Positions 12,342-25,600 of a stretch of 64,000 bases of DNA are shown here, piece by piece. The stretch comes from Eledone cirrhosa. Taxonomy: Eukaryota. Under the pieces are notes generated by a model that did no database searches, had not been told where the DNA came from, and was given only the letters and a program-made list of their open reading frames with translations. The translations under genes were made by a program, and so were the position numbers. The stretch spans positions 53,134,001 through 53,198,000 of the forward strand of contig OZ024749.1 of NCBI GenBank assembly GCA_964016885.1. The letters run 5' to 3'. The stretch's first letter is position 1. Every line of letters begins with the position of its first letter.

Positions 12342-15300
12342 TATAAATACCAAGTGAAGTTCCTTAATGAAATTATAAAGAGTAAGGTTGGATTCTGACA
12401 CAACCTCACCCTGCCTAACCCCTCACTCACACCTCACCACCCACACTTCCAGAAAAAACAAAACAACTTAATTAAATTATAAAATTAAGCTGAGAAGAAA
12501 GAAGTGAAATCTCGTTTATGTCTTGTGAGAGAGAGAGAGAGAAATGAAGCAAGTATGGTGGATGTGCAAGAGAGAGAGAGAAATGAAGCAAGTATGGTGG
12601 ATGTGCAAGAGAGAGAGAGAGAGAAATGAAGCAAGTATGGTGGATGTGCAAGAGAGAGAGAGAAATGAAGCAAGTATGGTGGATGTGCAAGAGAGAGAGA
12701 GAGAAATGAAGCAAGTATGGTGGATGTGCAAGAGAGAGAGAGAGAGAAATGAAGCAAGTATGGTGGATGTGCAAGAGAGAGAGAGAGAGAAATGAAGCAA
12801 GTATGGTGGATGTGCAAGAGAGAGAGAGAAATGAAGCAAGTATGGTGGATGTGCAAGAGAGAGAGAGAAATGAAGCAAGTATGGTGGATGTGCAAGAGAG
12901 AGAGAGAGAGAAATGAAGCAAGTATGGTGGATGTGCAAGAGAGAGAGAGAGAGAAATGAAGCAAGTATGGTGGATGTGCAAGAGAGAGAGAGAAATGAAG
13001 CAAGTATGGTGGATGTGCAAGAGAGAGAGAGAGAAATGAAGCAAGTATGGTGGATGTGCAAGAGAGAGAGAAATGAAGCAAGTATGGTGGATGTGCAAGA
13101 GAGAGAGAGAGAGAGAAATGAAGCAAGTATGGTGGATGTGCAAGAGAGAGAAAGAAATGAAGCAAGTATGGTGGATGTGCAAGAGAGAGAGAGAGAAATG
13201 AAGCAAGTATGGTGGATGTGCAAGAGAGAGAGAGAGAGAAATGAAGCAAGTATGGTGGATGTGCAAGAGAGAGAGAGAGAGAAATGAAGCAAGTATGGTG
13301 GATGTGCAAGAGAGAGAGAGAGAGAAATGAAGCAAGTATGGTGGATGTGCAAGAGAGAGAGAGAGAAATGAAGCAAGTATGGTGGATGTGCAAGAGAGAG
13401 AGAGAAAGAAATGAAGCAAGTATGGTGGATGTGCAAGAGAGAGAGAGAGAGAAATGAAGCAAGTATGGTGGATGTGCAAGAGAGAGAGAGAAAGAAATGA
13501 AGCAAGTATGGTGGATGTGCAAGAGAGAGAGAGAAAGAAATGAAGCAAGTATGGTGGATGTGCAAGAGAGAGAGAGAGAGAAATGAAGCAAGTATGGTGG
13601 ATGTGCAAGAGAGAGAGAGAAATGAAGCAAGTATGGTGGATGTGCAAGAGAGAGAGAGAGAGAAATGAAGCAAGTATGGTGGATGTGCAAGAGAGAGAGA
13701 GAGAGAAATGAAGCAAGTATGGTGGATGTGCAAGAGAGAGAGAGAGAGAAATGAAGCAAGTATGGTGGATGTGCAAGAGAGAGAGAGAGAGAAATGAAGC
13801 AAGTATGGTGGATGTGCAAGAGAGAGAGAGAGAGAAATGAAGCAAGTATGGTGGATGTGCAAGAGAGAGAGAGAGAAATGAAGCAAGTATGGTGGATGTG
13901 CAAGAGAGAGAGAGAAATGAAGCAAGTATGGTGGATGTGCAAGAGAGAGAGAGAAATGAAGCAAGTATGGTGGATGTGCAAGAGAGAGAGAGAGAGAAAT
14001 GAAGCAAGTATGGTGGATGTGCAAGAGAGAGAGAGAGAGAAATGAAGCAAGTATGGTGGATGTGCAAGAGAGAGAGAGAGAGAAATGAAGCAAGTATGGT
14101 GGATGTGCAAGAGAGAGAGAGAGAAATGAAGCAAGTATGGTGGATGTGCAAGAGAGAGAGAGAAATGAAGCAAGTATGGTGGATGTGCAAGAGAGAGAGA
14201 GAGAGAAATGAAGCAAGTATGGTGGATGTGCAAGAGAGAGAAAGAAATGAAGCAAGTATGGTGGATGTGCAAGAGAGAGAGAGAGAAATGAAGCAAGTAT
14301 GGTGGATGTGCAAGAGAGAGAGAGAGAAATGAAGCAAGTATGGTGGATGTGCAAGAGAGAGAGAGAGAAATGAAGCAAGTATGGTGGATGTGCAAGAGAG
14401 AGAAAGAAATGAAGCAAGTATGGTGGATGTGCAAGAGAGAGAGAGAGAAATGAAGCAAGTATGGTGGATGTGCAAGAGAGAGAGAGAGAAATGAAGCAAG
14501 TATGGTGGATGTGCAAGAGAGAGAGAGAGAAATGAAGCAAGTATGGTGGATGTGCAAGAGAGAGAAAGAAATGAAGCAAGTATGGTGGATGTGCAAGAGA
14601 GAGAGAGAGAAATGAAGCAAGTATGGTGGATGTGCAAGAGAGAGAGAGAGAAATGAAGCAAGTATGGTGGATGTGCAAGAGAGAGAGAGAAATGAAGCAA
14701 GTATGGTGGATGTGCAAGAGAGAGAGAGAAAGAAATGAAGCAAGTATGGTGGATGTGCAAGAGAGAGAGAGAAATGAAGCAAGTATGGTGGATGTGCAAG
14801 AGAGAGAGAGAGAAATGAAGCAAGTATGGTGGATGTGCAAGAGAGAGAGAGAAATGAAGCAAGTATGGTGGATGTGCAAGAGAGAGAGAGAGAGAAATGA
14901 AGCAAGTATGGTGGATGTGCAAGAGAGAGAGAGAGAGAAATGAAGCAAGTATGGTGGATGTGCAAGAGAGAGAGAGAGAGAAATGAAGCAAGTATGGTGG
15001 ATGTGCAAGAGAGAGAGAGAGAGAAATGAAGCAAGTATGGTGGATGTGCAAGAGAGAGAGAGAGAAATGAAGCAAGTATGGTGGATGTGCAAGAGAGAGA
15101 GAGAAATGAAGCAAGTATGGTGGATGTGCAAGAGAGAGAGAGAGAGAAATGAAGCAAGTATGGTGGATGTGCAAGAGAGAGAGAGAGAAATGAAGCAAGT
15201 ATGGTGGATGTGCAAGAGAGAGAGAGAGAAATGAAGCAAGTATGGTGGATGTGCAAGAGAGAGAGAGAAATGAAGCAAGTATGGTGGATGTGCAAGAGAG

Positions 15301-18300
15301 AGAGAGATAGAAATGAAGCAAGTATGGTGGATGTGCAAGAGAGAGAGAGAGAAATGAAGCAAGTATGGTGGATGTGCAAGAGAGAGAGAGAGAAATGAAG
15401 CAAGTATGGTGGATGTGCAAGAGAGAGAGAGAGAAAGAAATGAAGCAAGTATGGTGGATGTGCAAGAGAGAGAGAGAGAAATGAAGCAAGTATGGTGGAT
15501 GTGCAAGAGAGAGAGAGAAAGAAATGAAGCAAGTATGGTGGATGTGCAAGAGAGAGAGAGAAATGAAGCAAGTATGGTGGATGTGCAAGAGAGAGAGAGA
15601 GAGAAATGAAGCAAGTATGGTGGATGTGCAAGAGAGAGAGAGAGAGAAATGAAGCAAGTATGGTGGATGTGCAAGAGAGAGAGAGAGAGAAATGAAGCAA
15701 GTATGGTGGATGTGCAAGAGAGAGAGAGAGAGAAATGAAGCAAGTATGGTGGATGTGCAAGAGAGAGAGAGAGAAATGAAGCAAGTATGGTGGATGTGCA
15801 AGAGAGAGAGAGAAAGAAATGAAGCAAGTATGGTGGATGTGCAAGAGAGAGAGAGAAATGAAGCAAGTATGGTGGATGTGCAAGAGAGAGAGAGAGAGAA
15901 ATGAAGCAAGTATGGTGGATGTGCAAGAGAGAGAGAGAGAGAAATGAAGCAAGTATGGTGGATGTGCAAGAGAGAGAGAGAGAGAAATGAAGCAAGTATG
16001 GTGGATGTGCAAGAGAGAGAGAGAGAGAAATGAAGCAAGTATGGTGGATGTGCAAGAGAGAGAGAGAGAGAAATGAAGCAAGTATGGTGGATGTGCAAGA
16101 GAGAGAGAGAGAGAAATGAAGCAAGTATGGTGGATGTGCAAGAGAGAGAGAGAGAGAAATGAAGCAAGTATGGTGGATGTGCAAGAGAGAGAGAGAGAGA
16201 AATGAAGCAAGTATGGTGGATGTGCAAGAGAGAGAGAGAGAAATGAAGCAAGTATGGTGGATGTGCAAGAGAGAGAGAGAAAGAAATGAAGCAAGTATGG
16301 TGGATGTGCAAGAGAGAGAGAGAAATGAAGCAAGTATGGTGGATGTGCAAGAGAGAGAGAGAGAGAAATGAAGCAAGTATGGTGGATGTGCAAGAGAGAG
16401 AGAGAGAGAAATGAAGCAAGTATGGTGGATGTGCAAGAGAGAGAGAGAGAGAAATGAAGCAAGTATGGTGGATGTGCAAGAGAGAGAGAGAGAGAAATGA
16501 AGCAAGTATGGTGGATGTGCAAGAGAGAGAGAGAGAGAAATGAAGCAAGTATGGTGGATGTGCAAGAGAGAGAGAGAGAAATGAAGCAAGTATGGTGGAT
16601 GTGCAAGAGAGAGAGAGAAATGAAGCAAGTATGGTGGATGTGCAAGAGAGAGAGAGAAATGAAGCAAGTATGGTGGATGTGCAAGAGAGAGAGAGAGAGA
16701 AATGAAGCAAGTATGGTGGATGTGCAAGAGAGAGAGAGAGAAATGAAGCAAGTATGGTGGATGTGCAAGAGAGAGAGAGAAATGAAGCAAGTATGGTGGA
16801 TGTGCAAGAGAGAGAGAGAGAGAAATGAAGCAAGTATGGTGGATGTGCAAGAGAGAGAGAGAGAAATGAAGCAAGTATGGTGGATGTGCAAGAGAGAGAG
16901 AGAAAGAAATGAAGCAAGTATGGTGGATGTGCAAGAGAGAGAGAGAGAAATGAAGCAAGTATGGTGGATGTGCAAGAGAGAGAGAGAGAGAAATGAAGCA
17001 AGTATGGTGGATGTGCAAGAGAGAGAGAGAGAGAAATGAAGCAAGTATGGTGGATGTGCAAGAGAGAGAGAGAAATGAAGCAAGTATGGTGGATGTGCAA
17101 GAGAGAGAGAGAGAAATGAAGCAAGTATGGTGGATGTGCAAGAGAGAGAGAGAGAGAAATGAAGCAAGTATGGTGGATGTGCAAGAGAGAGAGAGAGAGA
17201 AATGAAGCAAGTATGGTGGATGTGCAAGAGAGAGAGAGAGAAATGAAGCAAGTATGGTGGATGTGCAAGAGAGAGAGAGAGAGAAATGAAGCAAGTATGG
17301 TGGATGTGCAAGAGAGAGAGAGAGAGAAATGAAGCAAGTATGGTGGATGTGCAAGAGAGAGAGAGAAATGAAGCAAGTATGGTGGATGTGCAAGAGAGAG
17401 AGAGAGAAATGAAGCAAGTATGGTGGATGTGCAAGAGAGAGAGAGAAATGAAGCAAGTATGGTGGATGTGCAAGAGAGAGAGAGAGAGAAATGAAGCAAG
17501 TATGGTGGATGTGCAAGAGAGAGAGAGAGAAATGAAGCAAGTATGGTGGATGTGCAAGAGAGAGAGAGAAAGAAATGAAGCAAGTATGGTGGATGTGCAA
17601 GAGAGAGAGAGAGAAATGAAGCAAGTATGGTGGATGTGCAAGAGAGAGAGAGAAATGAAGCAAGTATGGTGGATGTGCAAGAGAGAGAGAGAGAAATGAA
17701 GCAAGTATGGTGGATGTGCAAGAGAGAGAGAGAAAGAAATGAAGCAAGTATGGTGGATGTGCAAGAGAGAGAGAGAGAGAAATGAAGCAAGTATGGTGGA
17801 TGTGCAAGAGAGAGAGAGAGAGAAATGAAGCAAGTATGGTGGATGTGCAAGAGAGAGAGAGAGAGAAATGAAGCAAGTATGGTGGATGTGCAAGAGAGAG
17901 AGAGAGAAATGAAGCAAGTATGGTGGATGTGCAAGAGAGAGAGAGAAATGAAGCAAGTATGGTGGATGTGCAAGAGAGAGAGAGAAAGAAATGAAGCAAG
18001 TATGGTGGATGTGCAAGAGAGAGAAAGAAATGAAGCAAGTATGGTGGATGTGCAAGAGAGAGAAAGAAATGAAGCAAGTATGGTGGATGTGCAAGAGAGA
18101 GAGAGAAATGAAGCAAGTATGGTGGATGTGCAAGAGAGAGAGAGAGAGAAATGAAGCAAGTATGGTGGATGTGCAAGAGAGAGAGAGAGAGAAATGAAGC
18201 AAGTATGGTGGATGTGCAAGAGAGAGAGAGAGAAATGAAGCAAGTATGGTGGATGTGCAAGAGAGAGAGAGAAATGAAGCAAGTATGGTGGATGTGCAAG

Positions 18301-19385
18301 AGAGAGAGAGAAAGAAATGAAGCAAGTATGGTGGATGTGCAAGAGAGAGAAAGAAATGAAGCAAGTATGGTGGATGTGCAAGAGAGAGAAAGAAATGAAG
18401 CAAGTATGGTGGATGTGCAAGAGAGAGAGAGAAATGAAGCAAGTATGGTGGATGTGCAAGAGAGAGAGAGAGAAATGAAGCAAGTATGGTGGATGTGCAA
18501 GAGAGAGAGAGAAATGAAGCAAGTATGGTGGATGTGCAAGAGAGAGAGAGAAATGAAGCAAGTATGGTGGATGTGCAATGTCAATAAAATACATGAATGA
18601 TGAAGCATGGCTGGACTGAAAGCAAAGCTGGGTATAAGAGGAATCAGATGTACTGTGTGCAGGAGAGAAGACTGCGCTGGTATAGACATGTGATGTTTAT
18701 AGATGATGATTGTAGGATTGTTGGGTGAAGAAGTGCTAAGAAGCTGCAGCAGAGGGAGACCAAGGAAGACATGGGTGGAAGTGGTGAGACCTGATACCAA
18801 ATCACTGAAGCCCACAGAGGAGATGGCAAAGGACCATGATGAGTGGCAGGGCACTGTGCTGGAAATAAAGATCTGTCCAACCCATGCAAGTATGGAAAAG
18901 CTGATGTAAAATGGAGATTGTGTGAGTGTGTGAGCATATGTGTATGTGATGGTGATAAAGTAATTTATGATAGCATATGTTTAATTCTAAGCATAAACCA
19001 GAAAGCTAGACTTTTATACTAAAACACCTCTACAAAATCTTTTCAAATGATCCCCTAAGATCAAGGACAAATTTTGTTTGTTCGTAAGCTGAAAAACCCA
19101 CATAAAGTCAACACACATCTGCTGGACATAATCAACCTCTTTTGTTACCATATTTTTGATAAAATACAGTATTTCAATTAATTAATGGAGAAGAATTTAG
19201 AGGGATTTCCTAACTAAAATTATCTAAATTATTAAAATTGTATTTGTATCAAATGATTCTATGGACATACTTTATAGTATATTGCTCTGATTATTTAATT
19301 TATTAATTCTTCATTGAGCCACATCGTGAATGGTTGCCAAAACATATATATCTGTGACTTTGTCTAGTTTGTGTATATGTAAATC

Positions 19386-19416
<31 letters not shown>

Positions 19417-19620
19417 GTGGTTACACAACAGTTAGTTCACCATATTGAAGGATTGTCCTTCCTGTTCCTATAACCAAACACATCCCAAGCTGAAGATCCG
19501 CTAAGGTGAAACAATTGTTCTCGGTATGGTGAACTAACTGTTGTCTTACCACTTCTACCTAACTCGTCCCTTGGACTGAGTGCTCTAACACTACGGATAT
19601 TACTTTCCAGTGTTCCACCG

Positions 19621-19656
<36 letters not shown>

Positions 19657-22600
19657 TCATTCATCATCATCATTTTACGTCCACTTTTCCCTGCTTGCAA
19701 GGGTGGGACGGGAACTGATTCTGGCTTGATTTCTACAGCTGGATGCCCTTCCTAACACCAACCTCATTTACAGTGAGTACTGGGTGCTTTTTTTGCCGTG
19801 GCGCCTACACGACCACTTTGCAGTGGAATGATAGGGACCCCATCATTATTAGCTACAGACATATGAAAGTCTACCAGCAGCTGTAGATATAGTGAACCCA
19901 TATTAAAGTGTACTAGTAGCTGTAGCTATAGTGAAGTCAGACAATATTCTTACAATAAATTACATATAGTGAACACATATTAAAGACAAACCATATATGA
20001 TAATAGTGTCCTAGTTTAGAATCAGTGATGATATAGAGAAGAGGTGTAACAAAGATATTGAATTTCAATCTAAGATTTAACCCAACAGTCAAATATATTA
20101 TATTAAAAAAAAAAAAAAAATTATATTCAGAGTAAAGTTTCAAAAATATATTAGCATAAATATGTCAGTATAAAGTAGAGCGTTGAGAATAGTTATGTCT
20201 TGTGTGTGTGTGTTCACATTATAATCTTGAGAAAATATCTTTATGGTAAAATAACCTCATTATATTTCAACTTATCAAGTATGAATAACACTCACACATA
20301 CACACAGAGAAATAGAACATACATATACATACAGATAGAAACACACATACACACACACATACAGATAGACACAAAAATGTTAGTAACATGAAAAGAAGCA
20401 ATAGTAACAAGAATAAAAAAAGTCATAAAAACCAAACTGCCCCACCCAGAAGAAACACTATGTCCAGTCTCACAACTTCCCCACCCAAAGGAAACACTTT
20501 GTCCAGGCTTACAACTACCCCACCCAGGAGAAACACTTTGTCCAGGCTTACAACTACCCCACCCAGGAGAAACACTTTGTCCAGTATCACAACTGCCCCA
20601 CCCAAGGGAAACACTTTGTCTAGTCAAACAACTGCTCCACCCAGGAGAAATATTTTATTTAATCAAACAACTGCTCCACCCAGCAGAAAGGCAATGAAAG
20701 AAAAGTCTTTAAGCTGCTTTAATTGCAAATCTGCTTTTCTAATTAGTTTAATTTAATGGCGTAACAGAATGGTTTTTAAGTAGAATATTGTAAAGTGTTT
20801 CTTTATGTCTGGAAAAACAAACAACTGCAGCAGATTCCCAGCTCCGCAGAAGAAAACATTTAATACGTACATGTGTGTATATTTAATGAAAGTCACCTTT
20901 TTCCTACACACTGCACATCGCCATTACCATGTGGCCACCTTCCTATTATTTCCATCTGAGGGCGGTGGATTTACATCTAGGGCTGTGGATTGGCAGTATC
21001 GGTAGAGGGTCGGATGCCATGCTTTGCAGCAAAGAGTTACAGCCCTTTATGGGCTGAGTTCAAATCCTGCCGAGATTAACTTTGCCTTTCATCCTTACGC
21101 GGTTGATAAAATAAAGTACCAGTAATGTACTGAGTAATTGCTGGCCTTGTGCAAAAGTAGAAACAATTATTTACATCTCACCAAATACTTTACCATTTGT
21201 TGTCACCTTCACCTCTCAAATATTCACCTTTATTCCTTTTACTTCCATTCACTTCTTCCACATATTCATCTTCTCCCTCGGTCCATTCATACTCTCAGTT
21301 ATTAATGCCAAGTCATCTGCCTACAGCAACTTCTATGGTAAACCCTCCTTTACACTTCAGGCCAGTAAGTCCAACACCCTTACCACTAGGACACACACCT
21401 CCACACAAATCAACAGCAAAACAGAAATTCGGTATTACATATCCCTTAATAATAGATTAACTTGGACAATCAGGGATAAAATGGAAGCTCTTTGGGCCCC
21501 TAATTAGTACAGTTTAGTTTAATGAAGGTTTGCAATATATATGTTATAATAAATATGCATTAGTATTGTTTGTTAATATATTGACTAACTAGGATGCCTA
21601 GAAAGAAGAGAATATACAAGTTAAAGTTTGAAGTTGAATAAGGATAGCAGACAGAAACTGTTCAAGACATGGGAGAGATGAGATGAGATAATGTAGAAAG
21701 AATTGGAGAAACTTGCTCAACCAAGAAAAAATTAGACAAGCAGATCATGAGTATTAGTAGTAACATGGCAAGACACAGTGCAAGCAGGTGACCTGTTAAA
21801 TTGAGAGTAAAAACAGATGGCATGAAGACAAAAAAAAAAAAAAAAATATTGTGAAAAGCTTTAAAAGCAAGCTGTTGTGTTCAATGCACTCCGTATACAA
21901 TGTTGCAGCTATATTAGTAAACACTCAACCCTATTTTAGAAGCAGAGAGGAAAAAAAAGGCTGGAGGAAGTAATTACTCTGAGAAAAGCCCAGGCTAGGT
22001 ATCCATGTTAAACCAACCTCGTATGAGAAAAGTATCTCGATGCAGACTTATGAGACTTGTATTTTTTCCTTAAAACAACTTTTGGTTCTTCCTCAAATGA
22101 TTCACCAGAATGAAGCAATTTGACCAATGCTTCCAAACTTGGTTTTTCTTGGTTTTTTAATCTATAATAATCAACAAGTTTATTTGGCCTTGGGTGAAAA
22201 AAAACAAAATAGAACAAAAAACAAAACAAAACAAAAGTGAAAAAAATTGTTAAAAAAAAAAATCTAAATGTAAATTAATATATGATTGTAAATATTGATT
22301 TAGTTAGATATGTAGGTCTGACCCATGCTGGTGTGGAAGATGGACGTTAAACGATGATGATGTGTTTTGATATAATACCAACAACACAAATAAAATAAAA
22401 ATAATAAAAACCATGCCATTCTCTTTCAAAGAGAGAGGGGGGGGGGGCATTTGTTGGTCTTGAAAAACATGTTTTTCTTCATTAACTTCCATTAAATTAC
22501 ACCCCGTAATACAGTAAGGACCATATTATCTTCTTAGTCTTGGCTGGGGTATATTTTAGGCTGAACAAAAACACTTCCAATATCAACAAAAAGAGTTTGT

Positions 22601-25600
22601 TTTGATAGAATGAAGTTGATAATTTATAATATTTAAAAACTGTCTTTCTGCTTTGTGACAGGAGAATTTCAGAAATAATAATTGTTTCTACTTTTGGCAC
22701 AAGGCCAGCAATTACTCAGTGCATTACTGGTACTTTATTTTATCGACCCCGTAAGGATGAAAGGCAAAGTTAACCTTGGCGGGATTTGAACTCAGAATGG
22801 CAAGGGCCATAACTCTATGCGTCAAAGCATGGCGTCCGACCCTCTACCGATATTGCCAATCCACCGCCCTTTTTTTTCACATTGCTCCAGTTTACTCAGC
22901 TATAGAAATGAGATGATAGGACTGGGCTCCCTATCATTCCACTGCAAAGTGGTCGTGGAGGTGCCACAGCAAAAAAGCATCCAGCCCACACTGTAAATGA
23001 GGTTGGTGTTAGGAAGGGCATCCAACTGTAGAAATCAAGCCAGAATCAGTTCCCGTCCCACCCTTGCAAGCAGGGAAAAGTGGACGTAAAATGATGATGA
23101 TGATGTTGATGATATAGTAATTATGAAGACCAAAATTCAAAGAGGGCTCGATAAGGATTATATATATATATAAAATCCGTAGAGCAAATATTTATTATAA
23201 GTTTAAGCAAAGAATCGCTGCTTTCAACCAATTCTGGGATCTTCAGAAGATCTTTGTTTAAACTTTAGTCTGTACTAATAATAAATAAATAAATAAATAT
23301 ATATATATACATTTTTGATGATTTAGTATTAAAGAAAAAAAAGGAATTTTTAAAAGAGGCCCCTGAGGATGTGTGGCCCTAAGCTATAGCTTATTTAGCT
23401 TCTAGGTGAGTCTAGCAATGTTGTAGGGAAAACATGTTGCAACAGGAATATAATTCTTGACCTGTATAAAATTTAAATGTTTAATTATTTTTAAAAAAAA
23501 AAAAAATTTTTTTCCAGAAACCACAAGAAATAATTAAATAATTCTGAAATAGATTTTATATTGAATATTATTTAGATATTAAATTTTAACGACCACTACT
23601 ACATAAAACCAGATTAGATATTAAATCTTAACATCCTGTACTGCACAAAACCACAGACATTAAGTCTTAATGACCTTGTTTAGTTGATAATTAAATAATA
23701 GAGTATACATATATGTTTAGACATCAAATCCTAAAAACATTCAGTCGGATTGGCAGTATTGGTAGGGGGGTCTGACGCCATGCTTTGCAGCATAGAGTTA
23801 CGGCCCTTTATGGTCTAGGTTCAAATCCTGCTGAAGTTAACTTTGCCTTTCATCCTTACGGGGTCGATAAAATAAAGTACCAGTAATACACTGAGATAAT
23901 TGCTGGCCTTGTGCCTATAGTAGAAATCGTTATATTTATATACTCAGGAAAACTCTTAGTAAAGGTGAGTTTTGTTTAAAAGAAAACATTTTATTTTTCT
24001 TTCAGTCCCAAACGACATTATTATATTATGGTGTAGCTGTAAGACATCATTTTTCAAATTGCAATAATTAAAACATTTACACAAATTTAGCAAAAAATCT
24101 TACATAAGATTTATTAATAACAGATCAAAGTATTTGTTTATTGATTAGTAATTATATTTCATTTTCTTTGTAGTTGATGACAAAATAGTACAATCCTCCT
24201 TAAATGACTCAACTTGTTGAAATGGTTGTTGTTTTTATTTTAAGAAGTCCATGTATTTATTATCACTTATTGAACTTTATCACAGCCAACCCAACACTTT
24301 ATTATTTATAAACATGAACACTGGCCAACCCAATACATGTATGGGAAATAAGATGATGATGATGACTATGGTGAAGACAATGATGATGGTAAAGATAGTG
24401 ATGATGATATGACAATAGCGACGATAGTAAATTTAAATACAGGTAAAATTCTGTTATAAAGAATTTTTCGTTACACTGACTTTTTTTTTTATACCCCATG
24501 AATTTCACTGTAGTGTTTGGTATTACAATAGAATTAATAATGGTAAAATCTAAAGGAATACAGACAATAATAGTAAACTTACTTGTAATCAGGAATACCT
24601 GCTGCCCCTGACATTTCTAAATGTTCAAAATGATCCCTGAAAAAGATTTTATTTGAATTATATTTTTTAGGTTTTGATTTATATTAGTTTAAAAATTTAA
24701 ATATAATTTTTTAAGTTTGGTTCCTATTGAATGGAGGCATGGACCTGTAACTCCCGAGGGAGTCATAGGTGTGCTGTATTGACATATGGAATTTCTAGGG
24801 CATCTTTAAACCTGGTGGAGCCCATCTCCTCTCCAGTAGATTTCTTTGAGAGAAGGATAGAAAGAGATTCAGAAAATGGAAGTGAGAAAGAGACATAGAG
24901 GAAGAATCGAACCCCAGTACTAGACTGGTATTTTTTTTTTTATCAACCTGGAATGGATGAAAGGAAAAGTTGACCTCAGCGAGATTTCATCTCCCAGAGA
25001 GAGAGAGGGGGGGGAGGGAGAGCTGAAACAGACACCATAAAACATTCTATCCAACGTTCTAACAACTCTGCCAATTCACGGCCAACTTCATTCAAATTAA
25101 TTTTTAAAAATTTAAGTATACATTTTAGGTTCGGTTGATATTGGTTTATAAATTTAAATTTAAATATACTTTTTAGAGTTGGTTCATATTAGTTTAAAAA
25201 ATCATTTTTTTTTCTAAATTTAAATACCATGTTTAGCTCTCTATATTTACTATTGTATTTTCATGATAAAGGCTTTACCTCACATAATTTCTCGCATTAC
25301 AATAATATATATAGAGTAATGTTATGTGAGGTAAAGCCTTTATCATGAAAATACAATAATATATATAGAATGTTTTTTCATGATAAAGGCTTTACCTCAC
25401 ATAATATCTCACATAACATTACTCTATATATATTATTGTATTTTCATGATAAAGGTTTTACCTCATATAATTATCCCACATAGTATTTTATCTATGAGAT
25501 TTTGATATTATTTATTTTGAGAACAATACCTTAACGTCAGTATGAGTGGCGGGTTACAGCCGGTTATAACAGAAAGAGATGAGAGAACTCTGGCCGAATA

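Noticed and set aside
12527-18578. CRISPR-like look (constant 29-bp repeat with variable spacers)
   Set aside because: The spacers are only (GA)n, there are no cas genes, the context is eukaryotic and the core derives from an RTE.
12472-18854. Three ~2000-aa minus-strand ORFs and many short plus-strand ORFs
   Set aside because: All three frames are open only because the satellite unit has no stop codon on that strand; the translation is pure repeat inside an intron.
20388-20756. ORF with TTPPRRN repeats
   Set aside because: A 39-bp tandem repeat antisense to the host gene, with no other coding evidence.
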